Positions 26,151-38,631 of a DNA stretch of 64,000 nucleotides are shown here, piece by piece; within the stretch, counting starts at the first letter, position 1, and the number at the start of each line of letters is the position of its first letter. The stretch is from Malacoraja senta. Lineage: Eukaryota. Both the position numbers and the translations under genes were made by a program. The DNA is taken from assembly GCA_038087875.1 (NCBI GenBank), contig CM075993.1, positions 9,798,001 through 9,862,000 on the forward strand. The letters run 5' to 3'. The notes under the pieces were generated by a model that had not been told where the DNA came from, ran no database searches, and saw nothing but the letters and a program-made list of their open reading frames with translations.

Positions 26151-26452
26151 GGGGCGGCACAGTGGCACAGCAGTAGAGTTATCAGAGACCTGGGTTCGAT
26201 CTTGACTACAGGTGCTAGTTTGTACGGAGTTTAAACGTTCTCCCGTGACCTGCGTGGGTTTTCTCCAGGATCTCCGGTCTCCTCCCACACTCCAAAGATG
26301 CACAGGTTTGTAGGTTAATTGATTTGGTATAATTGTATATTTTCCCTAGTGTGTGTAGGATAGTATGTGTATGGGGATAGCTGGTCAACGTGGACTCGGT
26401 GGGCCGAAGAGCCTGTTTCCGCACTGTATCTCTAAACGAATCTAAACTAAAC
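26151..26452 (+). mobile_element. V-SINE-type element (mirror ~44691-44992, minus)
   Basis: Same head, body and tail as 11631-11930. Confidence 0.85.
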
Positions 26453-27957
26453 CTGAAATGTCGTCTGTCTATTTCCATCCACAGATATCTGACACGCTGA
26501 GTTCCTCCAGCAGTTTATTTCTTGTTGTGGCCACATATCACGATTGTGCAGAGAAAATGCCACCTTCAGCTGGAAGTTAATCTCCGTCCTGCTTAATGGA
26601 AGCTCACACGGGCTTCAATGAGGAGCTGAGAGTCAGCAGGGGCAGCAGAACTGTATTATTATCAGAACCGGCAATCTCATGCCCTGGCATAATCTTACTT
26701 GACCATGACAATCAAGGTTATGGACCAACACAAGTTCAATGAAGTGCAGAAGGGAATGCTGGCAACAGCTCCAGAGGTACCTCAACCTGAGTTGCTAACA
26801 TTGCAGCAACATATGAGGTACACAGCAGAGGGACCATACAATAAACAATATGATAGATTGAACTAAAGAAATAAAAACAGCGACACAAGGAACTGCAGAT
26901 GTTGGTTTACTAAAAAACAGAAAGTGCTCGAGTAGTTCAGCTGGTCAGGTTGCATTTCTGGAGGACATGGATGGGGGATGTTTTGGTCGGTCCCTTCTTC
27001 ATACTGCAAGAAAGGGCAATGTATAGTGCTGATGATGTACTGTGGACTTCCAAACAAACTTCTTTAGTTCAATCTATCATAGAATAGAATAGAATAGAAT
27101 AGAATAGAAACTTTATTTGCCACACGACCAGGGTTGGTGGTAATTGGGTTCGGTACATGATGGTACACTGCTTTAGCACATTAACACTAACAACAATAAT
27201 AATAAAGCACATCACAAATCACAAATCTCACCAACAATACATAGTGCAAAAGAACAGACAAAAACCATAGACAAGACACTGTATACATCAAAGTCAAAAA
27301 GTTATTGGAGGGAATTAAGTGTTCTTATTGCTGAGGGGAAGAAACTGTTTTTAAAACGGGTGGATTTTGTAGCAAGTGACCTAAGGCGCCTCCCTGAAGG
27401 GAGAGACTGGAAAAGGTGGTTTGCTGGATGGGAGGGGTCCTTTATTGCATGGTCCTTCTGCTGTGCAGCTCATATGAGGGAGATAGAAGAAGCAAACCTG
27501 GAGACCAATGTCTGACAAGTTCAAAAACAATGGCATGGTAATATGTGGAGATTTCAATGACTTTAATCTTAACTTGGGTAGAGAATTATTTTATCACATT
27601 CTGGAGCTTTATGTTTTAGTCAATAGTTAGCGTGATCAGCAAAAGGGGAGCGGTGGATTCTGGATTTAGTTTTGGATGATGAAGCTGTGAAGTAAGAAGA
27701 ATGGTGGGGGGGATAAGATTCTCAATTCAGATAGATGGCATTGTCAGTACAAAAAGGCAAAACAAATAGGACTAAAGGTTTGAAATTGGGGGAAGTGAAA
27801 GCCGAGAAGTGAAGTTAGCTTCGGGGATTGGAAACAGCTACTTGAAGGTCAATCAATCTCAGAAAAATTAGAGGCAATCCATTTTGGGTAAACACAAAAA
27901 ATAAGATTGGACTGACAAATTTAGAGTTCCCAGAATGACTAGCTGTATCGAGAGTAA

Positions 27958-28444
27958 AGGGCCTGTCTCACGAGCATGCGACTGCATGCGCGACCAAACC
28001 GGAAGCGGGGGCCGCGCGGAGGTCGAGTGATCCCCGTACAGGGCCTGTCCCACGAGCATGCGACTGCATGCAGCGAGCGCGGCCAAACCGGAAGCGGTGG
28101 GCGCGCGGAGGTCGAGTGAGTGACGTGAAGTTCGCGCAAAGTCAGCGGGAAGTTTGCGCGTGACGTACGGCGTCAAGACGCTGCGTACGGCGTCGAGACG
28201 CTGCACACGCCCGTCGAGGCGGTGCGTACGCCGTCAGGGCGGCTGCGGGCCGGCTGGCCGTTGCCGCGCGGAATTTTTGAACAGTCAGTTTTTCGGAGTC
28301 CCGCGCGATGTCGGGACCAGCTCCGCACAACTTCATACGGCTCCGGCGATCGAAGTGGGACCGGCCCCGCGAGGCCGTACGGCTCAAGCGACCACGTTAG
28401 GTCGCGCTTGCCGCATGCAGTCGCATGCTCGTGGGACAGGCCCT
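27958..28444. mobile_element. PIF/Harbinger-like MITE with duplicated left terminus (mirror 42697-43185)
   Basis: 32-bp TIR AGGGCCTGTCCCACGAGCATGCGACTGCATGC with its reverse complement ending at 28444; TAA and TTA flanks; CpG-rich; second left TIR copy at 28040. Confidence 0.8.
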
Positions 28445-29500
28445 TTAGATAAGACAATGATAATGTGTGAATGATTGTGGACATTTAAATTGATAATAAG
28501 AGAAGAGTCTAAAGACATCCACCAGATTATATACCAGGGAAAACAAAGAACCACAGTCATTGCTGTTGGTTCAGTGTTCCATGTTACTGTGACCCAGTAA
28601 TTTGGGACTGTGAAATGTTACTTGGACATGCTGCTGTTACAGTATGCAGATTGTTTGAAGGAAAAATGTTAAACTAAAAAAAGAGCTAAAATGCTTGCAG
28701 CTCTTTCACTCTTTTAGAGCTCGCAAGTCAGATAAATGTTTAAAGGCATTAAACGTTGAACCTGAAGATAACAATGTATCTGTTTACTCTGCTAACCTTT
28801 TGTTAGCCAACATCCTCTGAAGGCTTGCATCAGTGACATTGCATGTCAAAGGATGACTCTTGCTTATCTCCGCCATGAACTGTTTCTTCAACACAAACAT
28901 GAGCAAGCAGTGCCAACAAGCTAGTCAACCCTGAAGTGTGTTTCAATTAAGTTTGAAATATGATACTGATCCGGAAACAAAATCTCTAATGGGTAATCAA
29001 AATCGACACAATAACCTGTAGCAACTTGCCAAACTTCATCGGCAACTCTTGGCCAACTAAATGACAGAGTAGAGAAATGGAAATGCTATCACCTTCACGT
29101 CCCTCTCAAGTCTCACCTCCCCAATTTGGACAAATTGTTATTCTTTTCCATCGTCACTGGGTAAAAATCCTGGAAGCTCAAACTGGCTGCACTTTACTGT
29201 ATGGGGGACAGTCTAAAGTAGGGTCTCAACCCGATATGTCACCCATCCTTTTTATCCAGAGTTGTTGCCTGACCCGCTCAGTTACTGCAGCACTTTGTCT
29301 TCTATCTTTATAAACCAGTATCTGCAGTCATTTGTTTCTGCAGGGGTTGAAGCCCTTTGTTAACTAACATCTTCTGAAGGCTTGCATTCGTGACATTGCA
29401 GGTTAAAGGATGACACTTGCTTTTCAAAGCCACCTGGAATGCACATTAAATGTTGGCCTTGCTGATGGTATTGGCAAGCTTAGAATGAATGCACCCTCAC

Positions 29501-29628
29501 CTGAACCCTTGTTTTGATCACATCCATTGGGTTGGTGACTGTAGCTGCTGTGATTGCTGCCATTGGTCCAGCTATTCCTTGAATAATCAGATGAGGCCAT
29601 TCACTGGGAGTCCAATTTGAAATTTGCT
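29501..29628 (-). CDS. slc25a44: Penultimate coding exon of mitochondrial carrier SLC25A44 (or a close paralogue)
   Basis: 128-nt exon bounded by tttag| and |gtgagg. It translates to (E)QISNWTPSEWPHLIIQGIAGPMAAITAATVTNPMDVIKTRVQ, with the carrier signature PxDxxKxR and similarity to human SLC25A44 as I recall it (EQLSYLCPKECPHIVFQAVSGPLAAATASILTNPMDVIRTRVQ). It splices in phase 0 to the last exon. Not in the ORF track. Confidence 0.9.
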
Positions 29629-29749
29629 CTAAATGTTAATGGAAAAACGGAATGAATGCATTCAACAAGATATTTTTTCACCCAGATACTTCTTACAATC
29701 TTGCAAGCATGTGAGGCTTTTCCACAGATAAGTTGTTTTAAACTTGTTT

Positions 29750-30068
29750 GGGTGGCACAGTAATGCAGCCGGTAGAGCTGCTACCTTACAGCGCCAGAGA
29801 CCCAGGTTCAATCCTGACCTCGGATGCTGTATGTGTGGAGTTTGCACGTTCTCCCTGTAACCACGTTAGTTTCCTCCGGGTGTTGTGGTTTCCCCCCACA
29901 TCCCAAGGATGTGTGGGTTGTAGATTAATCGGCCTCTGTAAGTATGTAGGGAATGGGTGCGAAAGTGGGGTAATATAGAACTAGTGTGAACAGGTGATCG
30001 ATGGTCAGCGGGGATTTGGTGGAGTGAAGGGTCTGTTTCCATGCTGTATCGCCAAAATAAAGTAAATA
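29750..30068 (+). mobile_element. V-SINE-type element in an slc25a44 intron
   Basis: tRNA head with GGTTCAATCC B box, V-type domain, tail gggtctgtttccatgctgtatc. Confidence 0.8.
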
Positions 30069-31010
30069 AATGGTTACCAAGTATGACTAACATATGTCCT
30101 TCAATATCTATCTTGTTTGAACAACTAATTCTATAAATGGAAGATTATTTCTTCACCTTTATACACTATTAGAATCCACAGCTAGAGCATATATGATAAT
30201 ACCAGGAGGAAATGCTTTAGGTCCTTGCACCACCATTTGAGACCATTTTTCTTTCCAATTCTCTGAATCTTCAATTTCTTTATAATCCATAATCTCTCTG
30301 TTCTAAATATACTTTATTGATCATCCATGCAACAGAGAATGCCAAAAAATCATAATTCTCCGACAGCAGAAAGTCTTCCTCCTCTGCATTAAATACTAGT
30401 CCCTTATCCTGTTGAGATCTGGTTGATATTGTATTAAAAACAATCTGCCTTGGCTAATGCAAACCCATTCTGAGCCTTTTAAATTTTCTGATACTCAAAC
30501 TGATCAGAAATGAATGTTTATTACTGGGTCCCTGGAATGGACGGATTAGCCTTTGAAGGTAGGACGGAGAGTAGATTTGTATCCACTAGAGTTTAGAAGA
30601 GTGAATAGGGTTAAACATATAACATTCTGAGGAGTCTTGCCAAGGGTGATGTGGAGAGGATGTCTTCTTTTGTGCAATTTCTGTGAATGGCTTGGACCAA
30701 GCTGGAATAGGCATGATGAGGAAGTTTGCAGCTGATACTTCATATTAAGATGTACTGTACTTGGCACAACTTTTGCCTATATGTTTGTCTATAGATTCAT
30801 GGCCTGATAATAATGGTAGTACAAGGGCCATGTTGAGCTATTAAAATTGTAGACAGCAGTGGTGTACAATGTTGTTTACAATCACCAGTTTTGAATCCAT
30901 GCCATTATGCCTATTGGTAATGCTAAGCATGCACAGAATGGAAGGTGAAGAAGGGGCCTGGTCTCTACAAAGGCTGTAAAATGTGCACTCCTACCACTCT
31001 TGCGGGTCTG

Positions 31011-31142
31011 GTCTAGTCTAGTCTAGTCTAGTCTAGTCCGTCCGTCCGTCCGTCCGTCCGTCCGTCCATCCATCCATCCACCCACCCATCCATCCACCCA
31101 CCCATCCACCCATCCATCCATCCATCCACCCATCCATCCATC
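31011..31142 (+). repeat. Compound microsatellite (GTCTA)5-(GTCC)n-(ATCC/ACCC)n
   Basis: Read directly from the sequence. Confidence 0.95.
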
Positions 31143-32793
31143 AAACTCTGTGGCTGCCTGACTTGTGTCCGCCTGACTTCCACCAAATCCCCAAAGACAT
31201 TTATCTTTACGAATAGCCACTCCTGATTAAATCCGGTCCTGTTTATGTACACGTTTTTAATAAAATCCACCCCCCCAACCCCCACTCGATTTTCTCCGAT
31301 TTTCTCCGAAAACGACGCCATCTTTTTTTTGCCGATTTTCTCAGAAAACGACGCCATCTTTTTTCGCCGATTTTCTCCGATTTTTTCCGAAAACGACGCC
31401 ATCTTTTTTTAGCCGATTTTCACCCCGTGGTCTGAAGCACCTTCGGGAACAACACCCCGGGGTGTGAAGCACTTTCGGGGACCAGACCCAACGGGTCTGC
31501 ACTTGGTCTAGTAATATATTAAAACTCTGTGGCTGCCATCCGTCCGGCGGTCCGGCCGCCTGACTTGTGCCACCAAGCCCCTACGCCCACACCGCACGCG
31601 GAAACGCAGATATTTTTTTCAATTACTAAAGAGATTTCATTTATCTTTACGAATAGCCACTCCTGATTAAATTTGGTCGTGTTTATGTACACTTTTTAAA
31701 AATAAAATACTTCTCCCTCCCCCCAACATTTCAAAATGTTAAAAAACTAGCTCTCAGCAATAGAATGTTAATGAAGGTTCCGTTGTGTGATGTCACAATG
31801 CCCAATGCTCACAGATGTCCAATGGGAATGGATCCATTTACATATGCCTTTGCAGCAGCCCCAGCACCAGCCCCTCCCCCCACCCCCGCAGCTGTGTCGA
31901 AGGGCGTTGTCACGTATGTGGGAATAGAGAAAGAGGATTTTGGGTGATAGGGAATGGGGAACAGATGGACTGTCCCTACCCCTCCTACTTCCACTCTCCC
32001 TCCCCACTCTTCCCCCTCCCTCTCCTCCCACACCCTCTCTTCCCCCTCCACCACCCCTCTTCACCCCCATCTCCCCCCATCCCCTTCCCCTCTCTCTTGC
32101 ACCACTCCCCTCTACCCCTCTGCCCCTCACTCCCCACTCTTCCCCTCTCCCTCCCCCACCTCTCTCCCTCCACCCTCCCTCTCTCCCTCCTACTCCTCTC
32201 CCCTTCCCCTCATCCCCTCTCTCCACCTCTAACATCCCCTCCCCCCTCTCCCCCCTTCCTGCCCTCCCCGCTCTCCTCCCACTCCCCACTCCTCCCACTC
32301 CTCCCCCACCCTCCTCCCCCTCCTCCCCCACCCTGCTCTCTTCTCCCTCACCAATCTCTCCCCTTTCCTCCTCCCCCTCTCCCCCTCTCCTCTTCTCTCC
32401 CCACCCCGTCTCCCTCTCCCCTCTTCTCTCCCCACCCCGTCTTCCTCTCCCCCTCCCCCCGCCTGTGTTTGGGGGGTGGTTAGTGTGAGTGTGATGCCGC
32501 AGCCCACCCCCCCCCTCCCACAAACGCGCTTTGGGAAAACAGCCCGCCAACAGTCTCTCTGTCTTTAAGACGGAACTGCTGGAAAATCGAAGGTACATAA
32601 AAAAATACTGTAAAACCTCAGCGGGTGCAGGAGCTTCTATGGATCAAAGGAAATAAGCAACTTTTCAGGACAAAACCCATCTGAGGATGGGTTTCGGGCA
32701 AAAGAGTTGCATATTTCCTTCGCTCCATAGATGCTGCTGCACCCGCTGTGTTTCTCCAGCTTTTTTTTGTGTGCCAGTCTCTCTGTCTCTCAC

Positions 32794-32830
<37 letters not shown>

Positions 32831-33994
32831 CTTCTCTCTTCACAGCCCGCGGATCGACTCATGCACGCCCGCTCCAACCCCCCCTTCACCTCTCTCCCCC
32901 ATGGTCTCCTTCCTCACTCCACCCCTCTCCTCTCTCCCCCTCCTCTCTCCCCACCTTCCTCTCCCCCCTTCCTCTCCACCCTCCTCCTCCCCATCACAAT
33001 TTTTTATTTAATAACATTAAATTTTCTCTCTCTGCCCCCCCCCCTCGAGACGCACCTGAGAGGCGAGGGCTATTCGTCAGTGGATAGGGTGAAGATGGGA
33101 TAAAAGAAGAAAATTAAAAAATTAAGATAATATCAAGGGGTGTGATGAGTGTGTGTGTTTGTGGGTGCCAGATTCCCACCCCGCAACCGTGCTTTGGAGG
33201 AAAGGGGGTGGTTAGTGTGACGCCACAGCCCCCCCCCCCCGCCCGCAAACGCACGTTCAGTGTCCAGACCCAACGGGTCTGCACTTGGTCTAGTAATATA
33301 TTAAAACTCTGTGGCTGTCATCCGGCCGGCGGTCCGGCGGTTCGCCTGACTTGTGCCACCCTGCCCCTTTGATACTGCCCAACACCCACACCGCACGCGG
33401 AAACGTCGATATTTTTTACAATTTCTAAAGAGATTTCATTTTTCTTCACGAATAGCCGCTCCTGATTAAATTTGGTCGTGTTTATGTACACTTTTTAAAA
33501 TAAAATACTTCTCCCGCCCCCCCCCCCCCCACAACATTTCAAAATGTTTAAAAAAACAGCTCTCAGCCATAGAATGTTAGTGAAGTTTCCATTGTGTGAT
33601 GTCACAATGCCCGATGCTCACACATGTCCAATTGGAATGGATCCATTTACATATGCCTTTGCAGCAGCCCCAGCCCCAGCCCCTCTCACCCAACCCCACA
33701 GCCTGTGTCGAAGGGCGTCGTCACGTGTGTGGGGGTGATAGGGAATGGGGAAATTTCAAAATGTTTAAAAAACAGCTCTCAGCAATAGAATGTTAATGAA
33801 GGTTCCGTTGTGTGATGTCACAATGCCCAATGCTCACAGATGTCCAATCGGAATGGATCCATTTACATATGCCTTTGCAACAGCCCCAGCCCCTCCCCTC
33901 CACACCCGCAGCCTGTGTCGAAGGGCGTCGTCACGTGTGTGGAAATAGAGAAAGAGGATTGGGGGTGATAGGGAATGGGGAACAGATGGACTGT

Positions 33995-36060
33995 CCCTAC
34001 CCCTCCCCCTTCCACTCTCCCTCCCCACAATTTCCCCTCTCTCCCCCCCACCGCTCTCCCCCTCCCTCCACATTCTTGCCCCTCACTCCCCTAACCCATC
34101 TCCCTCCTCCCCTCCACCCTCCCCCACACCTCTCTACCCCTCCCCTCGCCTCTCCCACCCCTCTCTCCTCCCCCTCTGCATCACCCTCTCCTCAACCCTC
34201 TGCCTCTCCTCCCCCTCCTCCTCCCACCCCCATCATTCTCTCCCCCATCCCCCTTCCCTCTCTACCCCACCCCCTTCCCTCTCTCCCCCCGTCCCCTTCC
34301 CCCTACCCCGCTGTCCCTCTTCCACCACTCCCCCTACCCCTCTCCCCCTCCCTTTCTCCCACTTCACCACTCCCCCTACACCTCTCCCCCTCCCTCCCCA
34401 TTCTTCCACGTCTCCCAAACCCATCCCCACCCCCTCCCCCACCCCTCTCCCCTCCCTTCCCTCTCCCTCCCCTCTCTTCCCCCTCTCTCCCCCCACCCCT
34501 CTCCCCCTACCCTCAACACTCTTCCCCATCTCCCTCCCCCACCCCTCTCTCTCCACCCTCCGCTCTCGCTCCACACTCTTCCGCCTCCCTCCCCTACCCC
34601 CACCCCTATCCCTCTCTCCCCCACCCCCCTACCCCATCTCCTCTCCTCCTTCACACCTCTCTTCCCTCCCCATCACTCTCCCACACCTCTCTCTCCATCC
34701 CCATCCCTCTCTCCCCCTCCCCATCCCTCCCCCTCTCCATCTCCCTCTCCTCAGCATCTCCCTCTCCTCCCCCTCCTCCCACCCCCATCCCTCTCTCCCT
34801 CACCCCTTCCCTCCCCCACCCCTTCCCTCTCTCCCCCACCCCCTTCCCCCTCACCACTCTTCCCCCTCCATCCACACTCTTCCCCCTCTACCCACTACCC
34901 CATCTCCCTCCTCGCCTCCCACCACCCTCCCCCACACGTCTCTACCCCTCCCCTCACCTCCCCCACCCCTGTCCTCCCCCTCTCCATCCCCCTCTCCTCA
35001 CCCCTCTCCCTCTCCTCCCCCTCCTCCTCCCACCCCCATCACTCTCTCCCCCATCCCCCTTCCCTCTCTCCCCGTCCTCTCCCCCTACCCCGCTGTCCCT
35101 CTTCCACCACTCCCCCTACCCCTCTCCCCCTCCCTCTCTCCCACTTGCACCACTCCCCCTACACCTCTCCCCCTCCCTCCCCATTCTTCCACTTATCTCC
35201 CAAACCCATCTCCCTCCCCCACCCCTCTCCCCATCCCTCTCCCTCCCCACTCTTCCCCCTTTCCCCCTCTCTCCCCCCCACCCCTCTCCCCTACCCTCAA
35301 CAATCTTCCCCATCGCCCTCCCCACCCCTCTCTCCCCCCCTCCCTTTCCTCTCGCTCCACTCTCTTCCCCCTCCCTCCCCTACCCCACCCCTATCACTCT
35401 CTCCCCCACCCCCTTCCCTATCCCCCACCCCCTACCCCACCTCCTTCACACCTCTCTCCCCTCCCCATCACTCTCTCCTCCCCTCCCCACCCCTCTCTCC
35501 TCCCCCTCTCCCTCTCCTCCCCTCCTCCTCCCACCCCATCCCTTTCTCCCCCACCCTCCCACCCCACTCTTCCCCCTCCCTCCACTCTTCCCCCTCTCTC
35601 CCCTACCACATCTCCCTCCTCCCCTCCCTCCACCCTCCCCCACCCTTCTTCACCCCCATCTCCACCCCATCCCCTTCCCCGTTCTCTTGCACCATTCCCT
35701 GCTACCCCTCTCCCCCTCCCTCTCCACTCTTCGTCTCTCCCTCCCCCCTCCCTCTCTCCCCCTCTCTTCCACCTACTCCTCTCTCCCCTTCCCCTCATCC
35801 CCTCTCTCCACCTCTAACAACCCCCCCCCTCTCTCACCCCCCTACCACTCTCCCCCTTCCTGCCCTCCCTGCTCTCCTCCCACTCCACACTCTCCTCCCC
35901 CTCCCTCTCCCCCACCCTGCTCTCCTCTCCCTCCCCAATCTCTCCCCTCCCTCCCCCTCCCTCCCCTCCCCTCTTCTCTCCCCACCCCATCTCCCTCTCC
36001 CCCCCTCCCCTCCCCTCTTCTCTCCCCCCCTCCCTTCCCTCCCCTCTGTCCCCCCACCCC
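33995..36060 (+). repeat. Long homopyrimidine (C/T-rich) low-complexity tract; others at ~31972-32460, 39485-41050 and 41990-42075
   Basis: Almost G-free, C-dominated sequence built from degenerate CCCCTCT/CCCCACT motifs. Confidence 0.95.
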
Positions 36061-37135
36061 TTGGATGGGGGAGGGGGGAGGGAGGAGATTAGGGAGATGG
36101 GGTAGGGGAGGGAGTAGGAAGAGTGTGGAGGGAGGGGGAAGAGTGTGGTGGAAGAAAGAGGAGAGACCCAAGATAAAATAACTGAATATGTCGAGGATCA
36201 ACGAGAAAGAACACAAAACATGGAGCAAGAGACACAACAAAAATGAACATAACTGAATACATTTTATCATTACAATTTAAATTGTTGTATTTTAAGTTAT
36301 TTACATTTTAAGATTTAATAAATCACTTTTCCACTTGCAGCGCCTGTCAGCCGCTATCTCTGCTCTCTCACTCTTTGATCTTTATCTTTTTCTCTGCACT
36401 CTCTCTCTTCCACTGTCTGTGCACACTCTCTCTGCCCCCCAACCCCCCTCGAGACGCACCTGAGAGGTGAGGGCTATTCGTCAGTGGATAGGGTGGAGAT
36501 GAGATAAAAGAAGCCAATTTATAAAATTAAGATAATATCAAGGGGTGTGATGAGTGTGTGTGTTTGTGGGTGCAAGATTCCAACCCCGCAACCGTGCTTT
36601 GGAGGAACAGACGCCGCAGCCCCCCCCCCACCCCGCAAACGTGCGTTGGAGAGACACTTGCACTTGGTCTAGTAATATATTAAAACTCTGTGGCTGCCGT
36701 CCGCATGCCGTCCGTCCGCCTGACTTGTGCCACCCAGCTCCTTTGACACCGCCCTACGCCCACACCGCACGCAGATACGCCGATATTTTTTTCCATTTCA
36801 AAAGAGATTTCATTTTTCTTTTAAATTTCAGAATTTCATTTAAATAAAATACTTCCCCCCCCCCCCCCCAAAATTTCAAAATGTTAAACAAACAGCTCTC
36901 AGCCATAGAATGTTAATGAAGGTTCCGTTGTGTGATGTCACAATGCCCAATGCTCACAGATGTCCAATCGGAATGGATCCATTTACATATGCCTTTGCAG
37001 CAGCCCCAGCCCCAGCCCCTCCCCCCCACCCGCAGCCTGTGTCGAAGCGCGTCGTCACGTGTGTGGTAATAGAGAAAGATAATTGGGGGTGATAGTGAAT
37101 GGGGAACAGATGGACTGTCCCTACCCCTCCCCCCA

Positions 37136-38631
37136 CCAAATTTCTTATTTTATTTTTGGGCAGTCCATATGAAAAACATGAATTTCTGGCTGGAAGAAAT
37201 GGATCAATATCCAGATTGGTTAAGGATGGAAAAGGAAGACTGTTCACCTTTTGAAATTGGTTCGATTATATTTGCTCCCACAAAATTGCATAAAAAAACC
37301 AATAAGGAAAACCCTATAATACATAGTGGAATACGAATTTGGAAACAATTAAAGAAAGCTTTGAAACTGAATAATATACCACTATGTCTTCCCATTGTAA
37401 ATAATCCTTTATTCAAGCCATCCATATTGGATAGAGGTTTTATACAATGGAAAAATTATGGAATTAAAAAGATTGGACATCTTTATAGGGAAGGCGTGTT
37501 TTTGTCATTTCAAGAGTTACAACAGAATCATGGACTGCACTCAAATATTTTTTTTAGATATCTACAAATTAGGGATTATGTTAAATCTAATACACAAGTA
37601 TATAGGACTAGGGAACCAGAAATTCTTGATGAATGTTTGAATAAGCATCCTAACACTGAAAAATTAATAGCTTATATTTATAACACCCTCTTAAACAATG
37701 AGGTACCACCGATGGAATTATATAGACACACATGGGAAAATGAGTTAGGTCATTCTATAACGAAAGACATTTGGGACGAAAGTTTACAACATATACATCA
37801 ATGCTCGTTAAATGCCAGACATGCTTTAATACAATTTAAAGTCTTACACAGATTACATTATTCCAAAGTAAAACTAAATAGAATCTTCCCACATATTTCT
37901 TCTATCTGTGATAAATGTTTACATCTAGAGGCCAATTTAACACATACTTTTGCCAATTGTATAAAAATTAAAAACTTCTGGATTGATATTTTTGAAATAA
38001 TTTCTTAAGTTGTTAATACAAAATTGGATCCATACTCAAAATTAATAATACTTGGGATATCAGAACAAAGTTTAACACTCACAACAAACCAAAGAAACTT
38101 CCTTGACTACAGTATAATAACAGGGAAAAAATTAATATTAAAATTTTGGAAAGGTCCTATAACCCCCACAATTAAAATGTGGATTGTGGAAATGTCGGAG
38201 ACCCTACATCTAGAAAGAATTAGACTTGTCTTAATGGACAAACAAGAACTTTTTGTTAAAATATGGGCTCCATTCATTAACTATTTGAAGGGATAGATGG
38301 GCCAAGCACGAAAACCCAACTGAAGCTTGAACAGGATTAGATGTAAAAATATATTTCATAACCTACGAACTTATCTCCAAAGACGTATTATAAGTAGTTC
38401 ATTCCACCTTTCTTTTTTCTTTTTTTCTCATGATATTTGTAATGCTTTTTTCTTTCTATCTTTCTTTTTCTATCTATATTTTAAAAAACCACTAGAAGCA
38501 GAATTAATCGACAATTGACAATTTTAATAATGTATGATTGATGTATATGAAAAGTTTTTATTTCTATTATAATATGTTACCATACCTTATAATATGTTTG
38601 CTTCTAATAAAAATATTAATCCCAAAAAAAA
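37136..38631 (+). mobile_element. 5'-truncated L1-clade LINE (ORF2 C-terminal region, 3' UTR, A-rich tail)
   Basis: PNFLFYFWA start; FKVLHRLH; zinc-knuckle-like CDKC...HTFANC; LERIR..WAPF C-terminus. One in-frame TAA at 38006-38008 and the stop at 38296. AATAAA at 38606-38611, then an A-run. Strongly AT-rich against its flanks. Confidence 0.9.

Larger units (their letters stand above)
7148..28867 (+). repeat. Arm 1 of a large near-identical inverted duplication (at least 21.7 kb; the outer boundary lies beyond the window)
   Basis: Reverse complement of 42276-64000. Mirrored ORF coordinates sum to 71141-71148 throughout (e.g. 7323+63825). The window end ...gcaacataccat is the reverse complement of 7148 atggtatgttgc. 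Confidence 0.98.

Noticed and set aside
31288..31480. CRISPR-like repeat-spacer pattern
   Set aside because: Eukaryotic context; the repeats are a degenerate minisatellite without unique spacers.
33812..36181. 789-aa Pro/Ser/Leu-rich ORF, and similar ORFs at 39466-40794, 35145-36092 and 31768-32598
   Set aside because: C-rich low-complexity DNA lacks stop codons in several frames at once; there is no domain content, so this is not an extensin- or formin-like gene.
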